From contig OY760142.1 in assembly GCA_963663225.1 (NCBI GenBank), forward strand, positions 576,001 to 640,000: 64,000 bases of DNA, given 5' to 3'. Source of the stretch: Nitrospirota bacterium (GTDB lineage: Bacteria > Nitrospirota > UBA9217). Under the pieces are notes generated by a model. That model saw only the letters and a program-made list of their open reading frames with translations, had not been told where the DNA came from and did no database searches. Position numbers and translations under genes: made by a program. Positions 1 through 10,313 of the stretch are shown piece by piece. Within the stretch, counting starts at the first letter, position 1; each line of letters starts with the position of its first letter.

Positions 1-205
1 CGATCTCGTGGCCGGGCACGCAGGGGTAGACCGTGGGCATTATACTGCTCCACTCGTTGCGGACCGTGTGCAGATCGGAGTGACAGATACCGCAGAAAAG
101 GATTTCGATCTGAACGTCGCGCTCAGTAGCGTCGCGTCTTGGAATTGTATCTGAAACCAGCGGCGATGTTGCGCTTGCAGCGGAATATGCTTTTGCTTTG
201 TACAT
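1..205 (-). CDS. Zn-dependent NAD(P)-dependent alcohol dehydrogenase (cinnamyl-ADH/YahK-like); N-terminal part, runs off the window edge
   Basis: Manual translation [10 protein letters not shown]...[18 protein letters not shown]...YPCVPGHEI contains the CGICHSD and GHE zinc motifs; AGGAGG RBS upstream. Not in the ORF track. Confidence 0.92.
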   Translation of the reverse strand, partial: MYKAKAYSAASATSPLVSDTIPRRDATERDVQIEILFCGICHSDLHTVRNEWSSIMPTVYPCVPGHEI

Positions 206-267
206 TTTTGTATCCTCCTGTTATTTACTACCCGTCTGATATTGTGCGTCTCTGCTGACTATCATGC

Positions 268-1317
<1,050 letters not shown>

Positions 1318-1376
1318 TCACATCTGTTTGCCGCCCTGCTATTGTTTCTATTGTAAGTCTGAACCAGGGAAACGGA

Positions 1377-1409
1377 TAGACCATTCCTGCTCAATTCTTG
1401 CCTGATCCT
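1377..1409 (-). promoter_or_regulatory. Probable YqhC-type AraC activator binding site (two direct repeats 21 bp apart)
   Basis: Minus strand AGGATCAGGCAA-N9-AGGAATGGTCTA, located between the divergent araC-family gene and the AKR/ADH genes. Confidence 0.6.
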
Positions 1410-1475
1410 CCGAGAATTGAGATAAATGATTGAATATCAATGCACTGTCTGTTAATATTTAGAAAGGAGGCATAA

Positions 1476-2417
1476 ATGAGAAAAGACACTGGCAATAAGG
1501 CATTTGAGAATAACGATATTGCGGCGGCGCTGGAAACCCTCAGAATGAGCATATCCCGATTGACCGATAAAGACCAGATACTCGAGACCGCGGTTCCAGG
1601 CTTGTTGCTTTATCAGCACACTGCGCCGACCCAACCGCATAACGCCATGTACGAGCCGTGCGTTTGCCTGATCGCGCAGGGAGCCAAGCGTGCGATGCTC
1701 GGAGATGATACTTTTGTATATGACAAACACCATTATCTTATCGCGTCCGTACATTTACCCACTATGGTGCAGATTTTTAAAGCAAGCCGGGAAAAGCCTT
1801 GCCTGGGAATGGTGTTGAAACTTAATCAGCGCGAGATTTCACAGCTGATGGTGGACAGCAGTCTCCCGCAGCCACGCGCGCAGCAATCCGGCCGGGGCAT
1901 GCTGATAGGAGAAGTAACCCTGTCGCTGCTCAATGCCTTTGAACGGTTGATCGAGTTGCTTGATGAACCGAAGGATATCCCGATACTTTCGCCCATAATC
2001 CAGCGGGAAATATTTTACCGGTTGCTTGTGGGCGATCAGGGAGCCAGCCTGCGCCAGCTAGCGTCGACAGGAAGTCAGAGTCATCAAATAGCGCAGGCAA
2101 TCCAATGGTTGAAAACTAATTTCATGGAACCGTTACGCATCGATGATCTTGCAATGCAGGTTAATATGAGCGCCTCGACTTTCCACCATCACTTCCGGAC
2201 GCTTACGGCCATGAGTCCGCTGCAGTACCAAAAATGGCTGCGCTTGAATGAAGCACGGCGACTGATGCTTGCCGAAAATCAGGATGCTTCAACCGCGGCT
2301 TTCCGGGTCGGCTATGAAAGTCCGTCCCAATTCAGCCGCGAATACAGCCGCCTATTCGGCGTGTCGCCGCTGCGAGATGTCACCAATTTGCGACAAATGG
2401 CCACTGTTGAAGCATGA
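1476..2417 (+). CDS. AraC family transcriptional regulator (YqhC-like)
   Basis: N-terminal YEPCVCLIAQGAK domain; C-terminal double HTH (MSASTFHHHF...VGYESPSQFSREYSRLFG); AGGAGG RBS. Confidence 0.95.
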   Translation: MRKDTGNKAFENNDIAAALETLRMSISRLTDKDQILETAVPGLLLYQHTAPTQPHNAMYEPCVCLIAQGAKRAMLGDDTFVYDKHHYLIASVHLPTMVQIFKASREKPCLGMVLKLNQREISQLMVDSSLPQPRAQQSGRGMLIGEVTLSLLNAFERLIELLDEPKDIPILSPIIQREIFYRLLVGDQGASLRQLASTGSQSHQIAQAIQWLKTNFMEPLRIDDLAMQVNMSASTFHHHFRTLTAMSPLQYQKWLRLNEARRLMLAENQDASTAAFRVGYESPSQFSREYSRLFGVSPLRDVTNLRQMATVEA

Positions 2418-2511
2418 TGGTAAACAGAGAAGAGAACCTAGGAATTGCCGGAGCGAGACCCTGAAATTTGGAGGTAAGGAAAAGCTGTAAGTTAATCTTT
2501 TACTATTTCCG

Positions 2512-3309
2512 TTATTGTTGCTTGTCGATTCCAACACCCTGCTGTGTCCGTTCCTTTTTTTGTGCCACTAAGATTAATGTCTCACCATAGAATAATTCAT
2601 CCGACATAATAGTTCTGTAAATATCTGAAAAATCTCCACGCCTGCGTTTTTTGTCACGATAATTTTTGTAGACATAGCAAAGTTTAAAAAGAGGTTTTAA
2701 GAGCATAGAAAAGATATGTTTTGAACTGTATATATTGGCGTGCACTTCCTGAATGGAGAAACCGGAGCTCTCGAGAATAAATTGCAGTTCAAAATAGGAG
2801 ATGGGGGCAATATGAAAAACTTTTAAATCGTGATCGCAGGATTTTTCGAGGACCAACGGCCTTTTGAAAAACTCGTATCTCGCCTCCCAGAAGAACCGAA
2901 ACCGTGATTTGAAATTAATAATATTGGGTGTTGATATGATTAAGAACCCTTTTGGTTTTAATATTCGATGCAGATTTCTTGCGAGTATCCATTGATTTTC
3001 GAGATGCTCCACTCCTTCTATACAAATTGCAATATCATAGTCGTTTTCGTTCACCGGCAAATCAGGTTGCGTTAAATCTAGTTGCATGACGGTGAGTTTT
3101 TCCTGCTGTCGGTCGAGTTTAAATTGATCGGTATTTATATCGCCTGCCGTCACCATCTTGCCGAGAGAAAGAAGTTTTTTCGTGATTGCCCCCTGTCCCG
3201 TAGGCGCATCAAAAATTTTATCCGCTTGAAGCTTATTCACAATTTCCAAAACCTTATCGTGCACTGCCGGAGAGGCGAGTTCTTCTATAGCTCCAAGTTC
3301 TCTATTCAT
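2512..3309 (-). CDS. Class I SAM-dependent methyltransferase
   Basis: IFDAPTGQG motif I, YDIAICIEGVEHL, LKPKGFLIISTPN; AT-rich gene. Confidence 0.85.
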   Translation of the reverse strand: MNRELGAIEELASPAVHDKVLEIVNKLQADKIFDAPTGQGAITKKLLSLGKMVTAGDINTDQFKLDRQQEKLTVMQLDLTQPDLPVNENDYDIAICIEGVEHLENQWILARNLHRILKPKGFLIISTPNIINFKSRFRFFWEARYEFFKRPLVLEKSCDHDLKVFHIAPISYFELQFILESSGFSIQEVHANIYSSKHIFSMLLKPLFKLCYVYKNYRDKKRRRGDFSDIYRTIMSDELFYGETLILVAQKKERTQQGVGIDKQQ

Positions 3310-3705
3310 AATAATTCTTGCTCCCTTTCCACAGCACTTCTAAACCTTAAATTAAATAAAGGCTGATTACTTTCGTCTGCGGTCGCTTTATTATTTACTG
3401 GCATCCTCTACGGCAGGCGCCAGTAGATTCCATGGCGCAGGGGTTGAATTATAGAGTTACTCCGAAAGTTATTGCATGGGTGAACAGGTGAAGCTTTTGG
3501 GTTGTTAAGGATCTATCGAAAATTGTTGCCGCTTTTTTCAATAACCTTATTATCTGGAACGACTAATCTTTTAATTCCCTGCAAATATAGCAAGCAACTG
3601 CAATCTGCCCTCCAGAAGTTTGAGGAATGGGGTTGAGACACTGGACAAGATTAGCACGGTCCAGTGTGAAGGAAGAACGGTATGTCTTGCAACTTGTTGA
3701 ATAAT

Positions 3706-3781
3706 TGGTGGACGAGAAGGGATTCGAACCCTCGACCCCCGCATTGCGAACGCGGTGCTCTCCCAGCTGAGCTACTCGCCC
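3706..3781 (-). tRNA. tRNA-Ala(CGC)
   Basis: GGGCGAGTAGCTCAGCTGGGAGAGCACCGCGTTCGCAATGCGGGGGTCGAGGGTTCGAATCCCTTCTCGTCCACCA: cloverleaf, CGC anticodon, G3:U70 alanine identity pair, encoded CCA. Confidence 0.97.
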
Positions 3782-3918
3782 CCGGTTTAGAAGGCGGCTA
3801 TAATCTAATCTATCGAATGAAATAAATCAAGAAAAAAAACAGGAACCGGCCTTCTGTCTTGAAGCCGGCTGCATTCTTTTCTTCCATTATATTAGATCAT
3901 GATGGTTTTCCAGCCTTA

Positions 3919-3947
3919 TTGACAAATCAGGCCATCTCAGCTATAGT
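3919..3947 (+). promoter_or_regulatory. Sigma70 promoter
   Basis: TTGACA-17 bp-TATAGT upstream of the small basic ORF and the LpoA-like gene. Confidence 0.7.
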
Positions 3948-4005
3948 GTGCAGACTTATCCGGCGTAACGGAAGTGACCAGTTTTTGAAAGGAGACCTAC
4001 TTAGT

Positions 4006-4116
4006 ATGCGTGAAAGACAGAAGGAAATCAACCGCAGACGGAAACGCAGAGAAGAAACCCTGAAGCTGCGGCGCAAAACAGCAAAGGCTGAAGCAGCGGC
4101 CAAAAAAGGGAAATAA
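4006..4116 (+). CDS. Small basic protein, 36 aa (resembles the DUF6800 family)
   Basis: MRERQKEINRRRKRREETLKLRRKTAKAEAAAKKGK with an AAGGAG RBS; ends 3 nt before the next CDS. Confidence 0.7.
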   Translation: MRERQKEINRRRKRREETLKLRRKTAKAEAAAKKGK

Positions 4117-4119
4117 CCC

Positions 4120-6042
4120 ATGCCGTCCTCATCGCGCCGCTCCCTCACTGGTCTTCTGCTCGTGGCAGTGTGTCTGGCCATGCTCCTGCCCCTCGGCTGT
4201 GCACCGACGCTTCCGCCCGAACCGCAATGGGAACTCGATGCGACCACCCTTCTGGACCAGGCCGATGCGCTGTATGCCAGACGGCAATACGAGCAGTCTG
4301 CAAAAACCATAAACAGTTTTCTCTATAAATATCCGTCCAGCAGACACCGGGACCGGGCGCTTTTTCTTCTGGGAGAAATCCGGATCACGCAGCGTGACTA
4401 CCGGCAGGCACTGAACTATTACAAACAAATCATCCAGGATTTCCCGTCCTCGTTTCGCATCATTGACGCCAAGTATCGGCTCGGTGTTTGCTATTTCGAA
4501 CTGAAGGAATACGATCTGGCCATTGCCAATCTTGAAGACCGGAGCAGGATTTCCGACCCGGCTCAGCTGCGGCGCATTGCCGACATGCTTTCCACGGCAT
4601 ACCTGGCCCAGAAGAAGTATCTGCCGGCAATAAAAGAATTTCTTGTTCTGTCAGAAACTGCACAAAACGACCGCCAGCGGTCAGGCTATCATGACCGTAT
4701 TCGCGAGATTGTCGATAAAAGTCTGACCGTGCAGGAATTAAAAACTCTTGCGGCAGGCACAACATACCCCGCGGACGCGGCGCAGCTTCGCCTCGCCGGA
4801 CTGCTGATCGAGCAACGGAAATACCGCGACGCTGTTTCTGCCGGCAAAGAATTTCTCCAAAGGTATCCCTCGCATCCTGAGAAAACCCGCGCTGAAATGC
4901 TCCTGAACGAAGCCACATCGTCGCTTGCAAGTCCGAGATATGCCATTGCGGCGCTGTTGCCCCAGTCGGGGCGCGCTGCTTTCTTCGGCGATCGGGTGCT
5001 TAAAGGCGTTCAGCTCGCCGTGCACACTTATAATTTGCAGAACCCCGACAGCAGAGTGGAACTTATCGTCAAAAATACCGAAGGCGTTCCCGAAAAAGCG
5101 GTTGCTGCCTTGCATGAAGCGGCATCCAAGGGAATTGTGGCAGCCATAGGTCCTTTGCTCACCAAAGAAGCGGAAGCGCTGGTCCCCGTGCTTGACAGAT
5201 TGAAAATTCCCGTGATCACCCCGGCAGCGTCCGGAGCAGGCATTGGAAAAATCAGCCCCTGGCTGTTCAGAAACGCCCTTACCAATGCAGGGCAGGCCGC
5301 GGCCGCGGCCCAGTACGTGCTTGATCAGCATCTGAAGAGAATCGTGGTCTTTTATCCCGACGATGCATACGGCAAGGATTTGGCGCATCTCTTCGCAAAA
5401 TATCTGGAGCGGAGGTCCGACATCCTGGCCTCAGTCTCCTACCCGTCGGAAATCAAGGATTTCGGCCCCTATATCCGCAAAATAATCGAGATAGACCTCC
5501 GGTCGAGAAAGATTCCCATTCCCGAGGACGAAGCAACGCGAAAAAAGCTTTTCCTTGAGTATTCTCCGAGTTTCGGCGCGCTGTATCTTCCCGGCCATGC
5601 GGAGCGGGTCGGGCTGCTGATTCCACAGCTCGCGTATTACAATATCAAGGACACAACCATAATCGGTTCGAACGACTGGCATTCGACAGATCTCATCGAG
5701 CGGGCCGATAGGTATGCCGAAGGCGCTGTTTTCACCGACGGGTTCTATCCCGAGAGCGACGCTCCCGCAATCAAACAGGTCGTCGACGCCTACCGGTCGG
5801 CATATCAGGAAGAGCCTGACATCCTCTCTGCCCAGGCGTACGATGCGGCCATGATGGTTTTCTCGCTCCTGAAGGAACGAAAAGATACTCCGCAGGCGGT
5901 CCGCGACGGCCTGCTCTCCATAAAAAATTTCCCTGGTATTTCGGGGAGCACCACGTTTCCGGGCAATGGAGAGGCCCAGAAAAAGCTTTTCTTTATCAAA
6001 GTACAGAACGGCAAATTCGTCCTGACCAGCGGCGCGCAATAG
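4120..6042 (+). CDS. Lipoprotein with BamD-like TPRs and a periplasmic-binding-protein domain (LpoA/LppC-like PBP activator)
   Basis: Lipobox LLPLGC, TPR repeats, AALLPQSG...IGPLL...AQAYDA type I PBP fold. Confidence 0.8.
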   Translation: MPSSSRRSLTGLLLVAVCLAMLLPLGCAPTLPPEPQWELDATTLLDQADALYARRQYEQSAKTINSFLYKYPSSRHRDRALFLLGEIRITQRDYRQALNYYKQIIQDFPSSFRIIDAKYRLGVCYFELKEYDLAIANLEDRSRISDPAQLRRIADMLSTAYLAQKKYLPAIKEFLVLSETAQNDRQRSGYHDRIREIVDKSLTVQELKTLAAGTTYPADAAQLRLAGLLIEQRKYRDAVSAGKEFLQRYPSHPEKTRAEMLLNEATSSLASPRYAIAALLPQSGRAAFFGDRVLKGVQLAVHTYNLQNPDSRVELIVKNTEGVPEKAVAALHEAASKGIVAAIGPLLTKEAEALVPVLDRLKIPVITPAASGAGIGKISPWLFRNALTNAGQAAAAAQYVLDQHLKRIVVFYPDDAYGKDLAHLFAKYLERRSDILASVSYPSEIKDFGPYIRKIIEIDLRSRKIPIPEDEATRKKLFLEYSPSFGALYLPGHAERVGLLIPQLAYYNIKDTTIIGSNDWHSTDLIERADRYAEGAVFTDGFYPESDAPAIKQVVDAYRSAYQEEPDILSAQAYDAAMMVFSLLKERKDTPQAVRDGLLSIKNFPGISGSTTFPGNGEAQKKLFFIKVQNGKFVLTSGAQ

Positions 6043-6129
6043 TATCCCCGCCCCGTTTGTTGCTGACAATGCCCCGATAGTTCTTTAGTTTTTCAATATC
6101 TGTTCAACGTTGTAATAACCTGAAATATT

Positions 6130-6864
6130 ATGGAAGAACTGAACACCATACAAACAATCGCGGTCATGGCACTCCCACTCGTGGTCGCCATTGTTCTACA
6201 TGAAGTAGCTCATGGTTGGGTAGCAAACAAACTAGGTGACCATACGGCACGCGACATGGGCAGACTTACCTTAAATCCGCTTCCGCATATAGACCTTATC
6301 GGCACTATCATTATGCCGCTTGCCTTGTTCCTGCTCACAAATGGGCAAATGCTATTTGGCTATGCCAAGCCTGTTCCAATCAATCCTTACAATTTCAAAG
6401 ACCCCAAAAAAGATATGGCATATTCATCTCTCGCCGGACCGGGTATCAACATGGCCATGGCACTCTTCTTCGCATTCATCCTACGCGTACTCATGCCTAC
6501 ATTGGAGGACATGGTCCCTACTAAAGTTTGGGAATGGATAGCGATTCCTGTAGCCCTCATGTTGGCTTACGGCGTCCTTATTAATGTTATACTCGCCGTG
6601 CTGAACATGATCCCCATACCACCGCTCGATGGAAGCAGGGTTGTGTACTGGCTCCTCCCAAATAGGCTCGCAGCAGCATACTATGGGCTTCAACCCTATA
6701 TTATGAAGGGATTTTTTTATTTGTTTTTGATTCATATATTGTTAACATTTATAAACGCAAGTACTTTCAGCCCTTTGCTTTATATATTTAAGTTATTGGA
6801 ATTGATAATATATCCCGTTATTAAGCCATTACTTCAGCTACTTTTAGGTGGTAATGCAATATAA
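6130..6864 (+). CDS. Site-2 protease (M50) family membrane metalloprotease
   Basis: HEVAH and NMIPIPPLDG motifs; several transmembrane helices. Confidence 0.92.
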   Translation: MEELNTIQTIAVMALPLVVAIVLHEVAHGWVANKLGDHTARDMGRLTLNPLPHIDLIGTIIMPLALFLLTNGQMLFGYAKPVPINPYNFKDPKKDMAYSSLAGPGINMAMALFFAFILRVLMPTLEDMVPTKVWEWIAIPVALMLAYGVLINVILAVLNMIPIPPLDGSRVVYWLLPNRLAAAYYGLQPYIMKGFFYLFLIHILLTFINASTFSPLLYIFKLLELIIYPVIKPLLQLLLGGNAI

Positions 6865-6966
6865 GTTCTAACCGCCTAGATCGCTGTATATTTTTTGTAT
6901 TTCGAGCTCTACTTTTTAAAATTTTTTTCTGATACACCACACTCTAATTGGACAAAAGGATGTACC

Positions 6967-7950
6967 ATGGCGAAAAAGAGAGTCTTAAGCGGCATGCAGC
7001 CGAGCGGTAAGCTGCACCTCGGCAACCTCATGGGAGCGCTCGACAACTGGCAGAAGATCCAGGACCAGTATGAGTGCTACTACTTCATCGCTGACTGGCA
7101 TGCCCTTACCAGCAACTACGCCGACACGTCGAACATCAGGAACTATATCGCCGAAATGGTCACGGACTGGCTTGCAGCGGGACTTGACCCCGAAAAGTCG
7201 GTATTGTTTCAGCAGTCTCTTGTTCCGGAGCACGCGGTGCTCCATCTCCTGTTTTCCATGTCCACGCCCCTCCCCTGGCTCGAACGCGTCCCGACGTACA
7301 AGGAAAAAATGGACCAGATCCAGGACAAGGACATGCATACCTACGGTTTCCTTGGGTATCCGGTGCTGCAGGCCGCGGACATCCTGATCTACAAGGCCGA
7401 TTTCGTTCCCGTCGGGATTGATCAGCTGCCGCACCTTGAACTTACCCGGGAGATCTGCCGCAGGTTCAATTCCTTTTACGGCGAAGTGTTTCCGGAGCCC
7501 CAGCCGCTGATGACCGAGTATCCAAAGGTCCCCGGCATAGACGGCAGAAAGATGAGCAAAAGCTATAACAACTGCCTCTACCTTTCTGAAAGCCCGGAAG
7601 AAATATCCAGAAAGATAATGCAGATGGTCACCGATCCGGCCCGCGTGCGCCGGCAGGACCCTGGAAACCCGGATGTTTGTCCTCTGTTTGCGCTTGATAA
7701 AATATTCGCGCCGCAGTCGTGGTGCGAACAGGTGAATGTGGAGTGCAGACGCGCGGGAATCGGCTGTGTGGATGACAAGAAAGAACTGTTAAAACATCTT
7801 CTCGCGTTTCTCAAGCCGATGCAGGAGCGGAGAAAAAAGCTTGCCGAACATCCGAAGGACGTTATGGAGATCATTCAGGAAGGCTCCCGCCGCGCGCGAA
7901 CTGTCGCAGCCAAAACCCTGGCAGAAGCAACCGCCGCGATGAAGCTGTGA
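6967..7950 (+). CDS. trpS: Tryptophanyl-tRNA synthetase
   Basis: SGMQPSGKLHLGN (HIGH motif), KMSKS, YPVLQAADIL. Confidence 0.97.
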   Translation: MAKKRVLSGMQPSGKLHLGNLMGALDNWQKIQDQYECYYFIADWHALTSNYADTSNIRNYIAEMVTDWLAAGLDPEKSVLFQQSLVPEHAVLHLLFSMSTPLPWLERVPTYKEKMDQIQDKDMHTYGFLGYPVLQAADILIYKADFVPVGIDQLPHLELTREICRRFNSFYGEVFPEPQPLMTEYPKVPGIDGRKMSKSYNNCLYLSESPEEISRKIMQMVTDPARVRRQDPGNPDVCPLFALDKIFAPQSWCEQVNVECRRAGIGCVDDKKELLKHLLAFLKPMQERRKKLAEHPKDVMEIIQEGSRRARTVAAKTLAEATAAMKL

Positions 7951-8059
7951 GCGGATTTTTTCTCCATGCAGAAAAGGCGCTGGTTCATGCAATGCATCTC
8001 TTTGCGGACTCTGCCGCATCGTGAGCGTGATGTTTGGTCTGCCTCTGCCTGAAAAATCC

Positions 8060-8088
8060 TTGACAATGCTGTACGTCTCCCCTATTAT
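8060..8088 (+). promoter_or_regulatory. Sigma70 promoter
   Basis: TTGACA-17 bp-TATTAT upstream of the polyprenyl synthase gene. Confidence 0.65.
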
Positions 8089-8123
8089 TCAAGCAGCATT
8101 CCCCGGACCCCAGGAATAATTGC

Positions 8124-9107
8124 ATGATTACGACCCTTCAGGACGTCCTCACAGAATACAAGTCCGACATGGAGCGCATGGAGCGCAGGATCCATGAAAG
8201 CCTCGGCACGGAAATTCCCCTTATCAAGGAAGTCAGCAGATATATCCTCGGCTCGGGCGGCAAACGCTTTCGTCCGTTGCTGCATCTCCTGTCAGCACGG
8301 CTCTGCGGCTACCGGGAGCATGATGCAGAATATCTTATCGGAAGCATCATGGAGTTCCTGCACACCTCTTCCCTTCTGCACGATGATGTTGTCGACGATG
8401 CGAAACTCAGACGGGGCCGTTCCTCCGCCAACTCCATTTGGGGAAACCAGGCCAGCATTCTTGTGGGTGACTACCTCTACTCGAAAGCGCTGTATCACGC
8501 CGTCCGGCTTGAGAACCAGCGCATTATGGCCGTTCTTTCAGAAACGACCACCGTCATGTCGGAAGGCGAAGTGCTCCAGCTGATGCATATCCAGAATCCA
8601 GACATCACCGAAGCGGATTACTTCAGGCTCGTCGAATGCAAAACGGGCGTCCTCATCGCGGCATCCTGCAGGCTCGGCGCAATCATCAGCAGGGCCCCGT
8701 TGTCCCAGGAAGACGCCCTCACGGCATACGGCAAAAAACTCGGGCTGGCGTTCCAGATTACGGATGATACGCTTGATTATGCCGCTGATCAGTCACAACT
8801 CGGCAAAGTTCTGGGAAAAGACCTCGCCGAGGGCAAAGTCACGCTTCCGCTGATCTATCTCATGCGTGAGGCGGCCCCGGAAGAGCGAAAAAATCTCCAT
8901 GGCATCCTGCAGGCTGACGCAGTCAACGACGCAGATCTCGCCTCTGTGCTGGGGCTCATGAAAAAATACGCTTCGGTTGCGAAGTCCCTCGAAAAGGCGC
9001 AGCAGTTTTCCAACGAAGCGAAGGCAGCTCTGGATCTGTTTCCGGACACGCTGCACCGCCGTGCCCTCACGGCGCTTGCGGATTACGTGATACAACGGGA
9101 GATGTAA
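8124..9107 (+). CDS. ispB: Polyprenyl (octaprenyl) diphosphate synthase
   Basis: GGKRFRP, LHDDVVD..RRG, FQITDDTLD and DLAEGKVTLP motifs. Confidence 0.9.
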   Translation: MITTLQDVLTEYKSDMERMERRIHESLGTEIPLIKEVSRYILGSGGKRFRPLLHLLSARLCGYREHDAEYLIGSIMEFLHTSSLLHDDVVDDAKLRRGRSSANSIWGNQASILVGDYLYSKALYHAVRLENQRIMAVLSETTTVMSEGEVLQLMHIQNPDITEADYFRLVECKTGVLIAASCRLGAIISRAPLSQEDALTAYGKKLGLAFQITDDTLDYAADQSQLGKVLGKDLAEGKVTLPLIYLMREAAPEERKNLHGILQADAVNDADLASVLGLMKKYASVAKSLEKAQQFSNEAKAALDLFPDTLHRRALTALADYVIQREM

Positions 9108-9108
9108 T

Positions 9109-9618
9109 ATGCACCCCCTTGTCGCGCTGGCAAAGGAAACTGTTGAGCTCTATGTTCGGGAGCGGAAAGTCCGCGAAATTCAGGAACACGAGCTTTCGCC
9201 CGACATGCAGGGCAGGGCAGGCGTTTTTGTCTGCCTGAAAATACGGGGGGTGCTTCGCGGCTGTATCGGGACGTTCCAGCCGCAGGAACCGACCATAGGG
9301 CACGAAACGATCAGAAATGCCATCAGCGCCGCCACTTGTGATCCCCGTTTTCAATGCCTGCGTGAGGAAGAACTCGGCCAGGTGGAGTACACGGTCGATG
9401 TTTTAACACCTCCCGTGCCGGTTGCGGACAAAAGCGAGCTTGATCCCCGGCACTACGGGATCATTGTTCAGGCAGGGGGCAGGCGGGGCCTGCTTCTGCC
9501 GGACATCGAAGGAGTGGACACCGTTGCGCTCCAGATCAGCATCGCCATGCAGAAAGCGGGCATCCCACCGGGAACGCCGGTGGAACTGTCGAGATTTGAA
9601 GTAAAACGCTACCATTAA
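9109..9618 (+). CDS. amrA: AmmeMemoRadiSam system protein A (AMMECR1 domain)
   Basis: GVFVCLK...LRGCIG, DPRF and GLLLP motifs. Confidence 0.9.
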   Translation: MHPLVALAKETVELYVRERKVREIQEHELSPDMQGRAGVFVCLKIRGVLRGCIGTFQPQEPTIGHETIRNAISAATCDPRFQCLREEELGQVEYTVDVLTPPVPVADKSELDPRHYGIIVQAGGRRGLLLPDIEGVDTVALQISIAMQKAGIPPGTPVELSRFEVKRYH

Positions 9619-9724
9619 ACAGCAAGGGCCGTGACTCCTTCCATTCTTTCGAAATCAAACAAGGATGAAGGCAGGGCGGAAAAATTACCCGTTTTTGTGA
9701 AGATTACAGGAAGGAAAAGAATCA

Positions 9725-10057
9725 ATGGAAAAAATAGACAGGGCTGAAAAAAAAGACACGCAAAAAGCAAAAATCATTTTTCTCTCGCTTGCAGCACTGG
9801 TTGCCATCCTTCTGGTCTGGAGTGTTGTTTCCATGAACAAGGCCCGGTCCGAGCGGGATGCAGCACGGCAGGAAGCGGAAATGCTCAGGCAGGACAATGC
9901 CAAACTTGAACAAATGGTCAAAGACTTGAGCCAGGACAATGCCTTCCTCAAGAAAAAGATCGAGCAGCTCCAGGTAAAACCCAAGGCAAAACCGGTCGCA
10001 AAGAAGAAGACCAAAACCGCCACCAAAAGCAGTTCATCGAAAAAAACAACGAAATAG
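9725..10057 (+). CDS. Hypothetical membrane-anchored coiled-coil protein with a Lys-rich tail
   Basis: One transmembrane helix, heptad region, K/T/S-rich C-terminus; purine-rich RBS. Confidence 0.7.
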   Translation: MEKIDRAEKKDTQKAKIIFLSLAALVAILLVWSVVSMNKARSERDAARQEAEMLRQDNAKLEQMVKDLSQDNAFLKKKIEQLQVKPKAKPVAKKKTKTATKSSSSKKTTK

Positions 10058-10313
10058 ACCCTGCAAGCATTGTTGTTTCCGCATCGCATTCCGGGCGGCA
10101 GACGCGCGGCCAATGACCGCGTTTCAATGCAGCCGGGATGCGGTAATCAGCCGGACGCAAAATCCGGACGAACAGCACTCCGAAAGGTGAACTTTCGCTC
10201 CACCCCGGCATTATGTATCAGAGGAATTTGCTGCGGATAATGAGGCACGAACGAATTGTCCACACCAGGGGTTTGTGAAATATTCCTGCCGTGACATCTG
10301 CAACGCGCACCTG

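Noticed and set aside
3396-3425. TACTGGC...GCCAGTA hairpin as a terminator
   Set aside because: No U-tract follows it on either strand and no gene end is adjacent.
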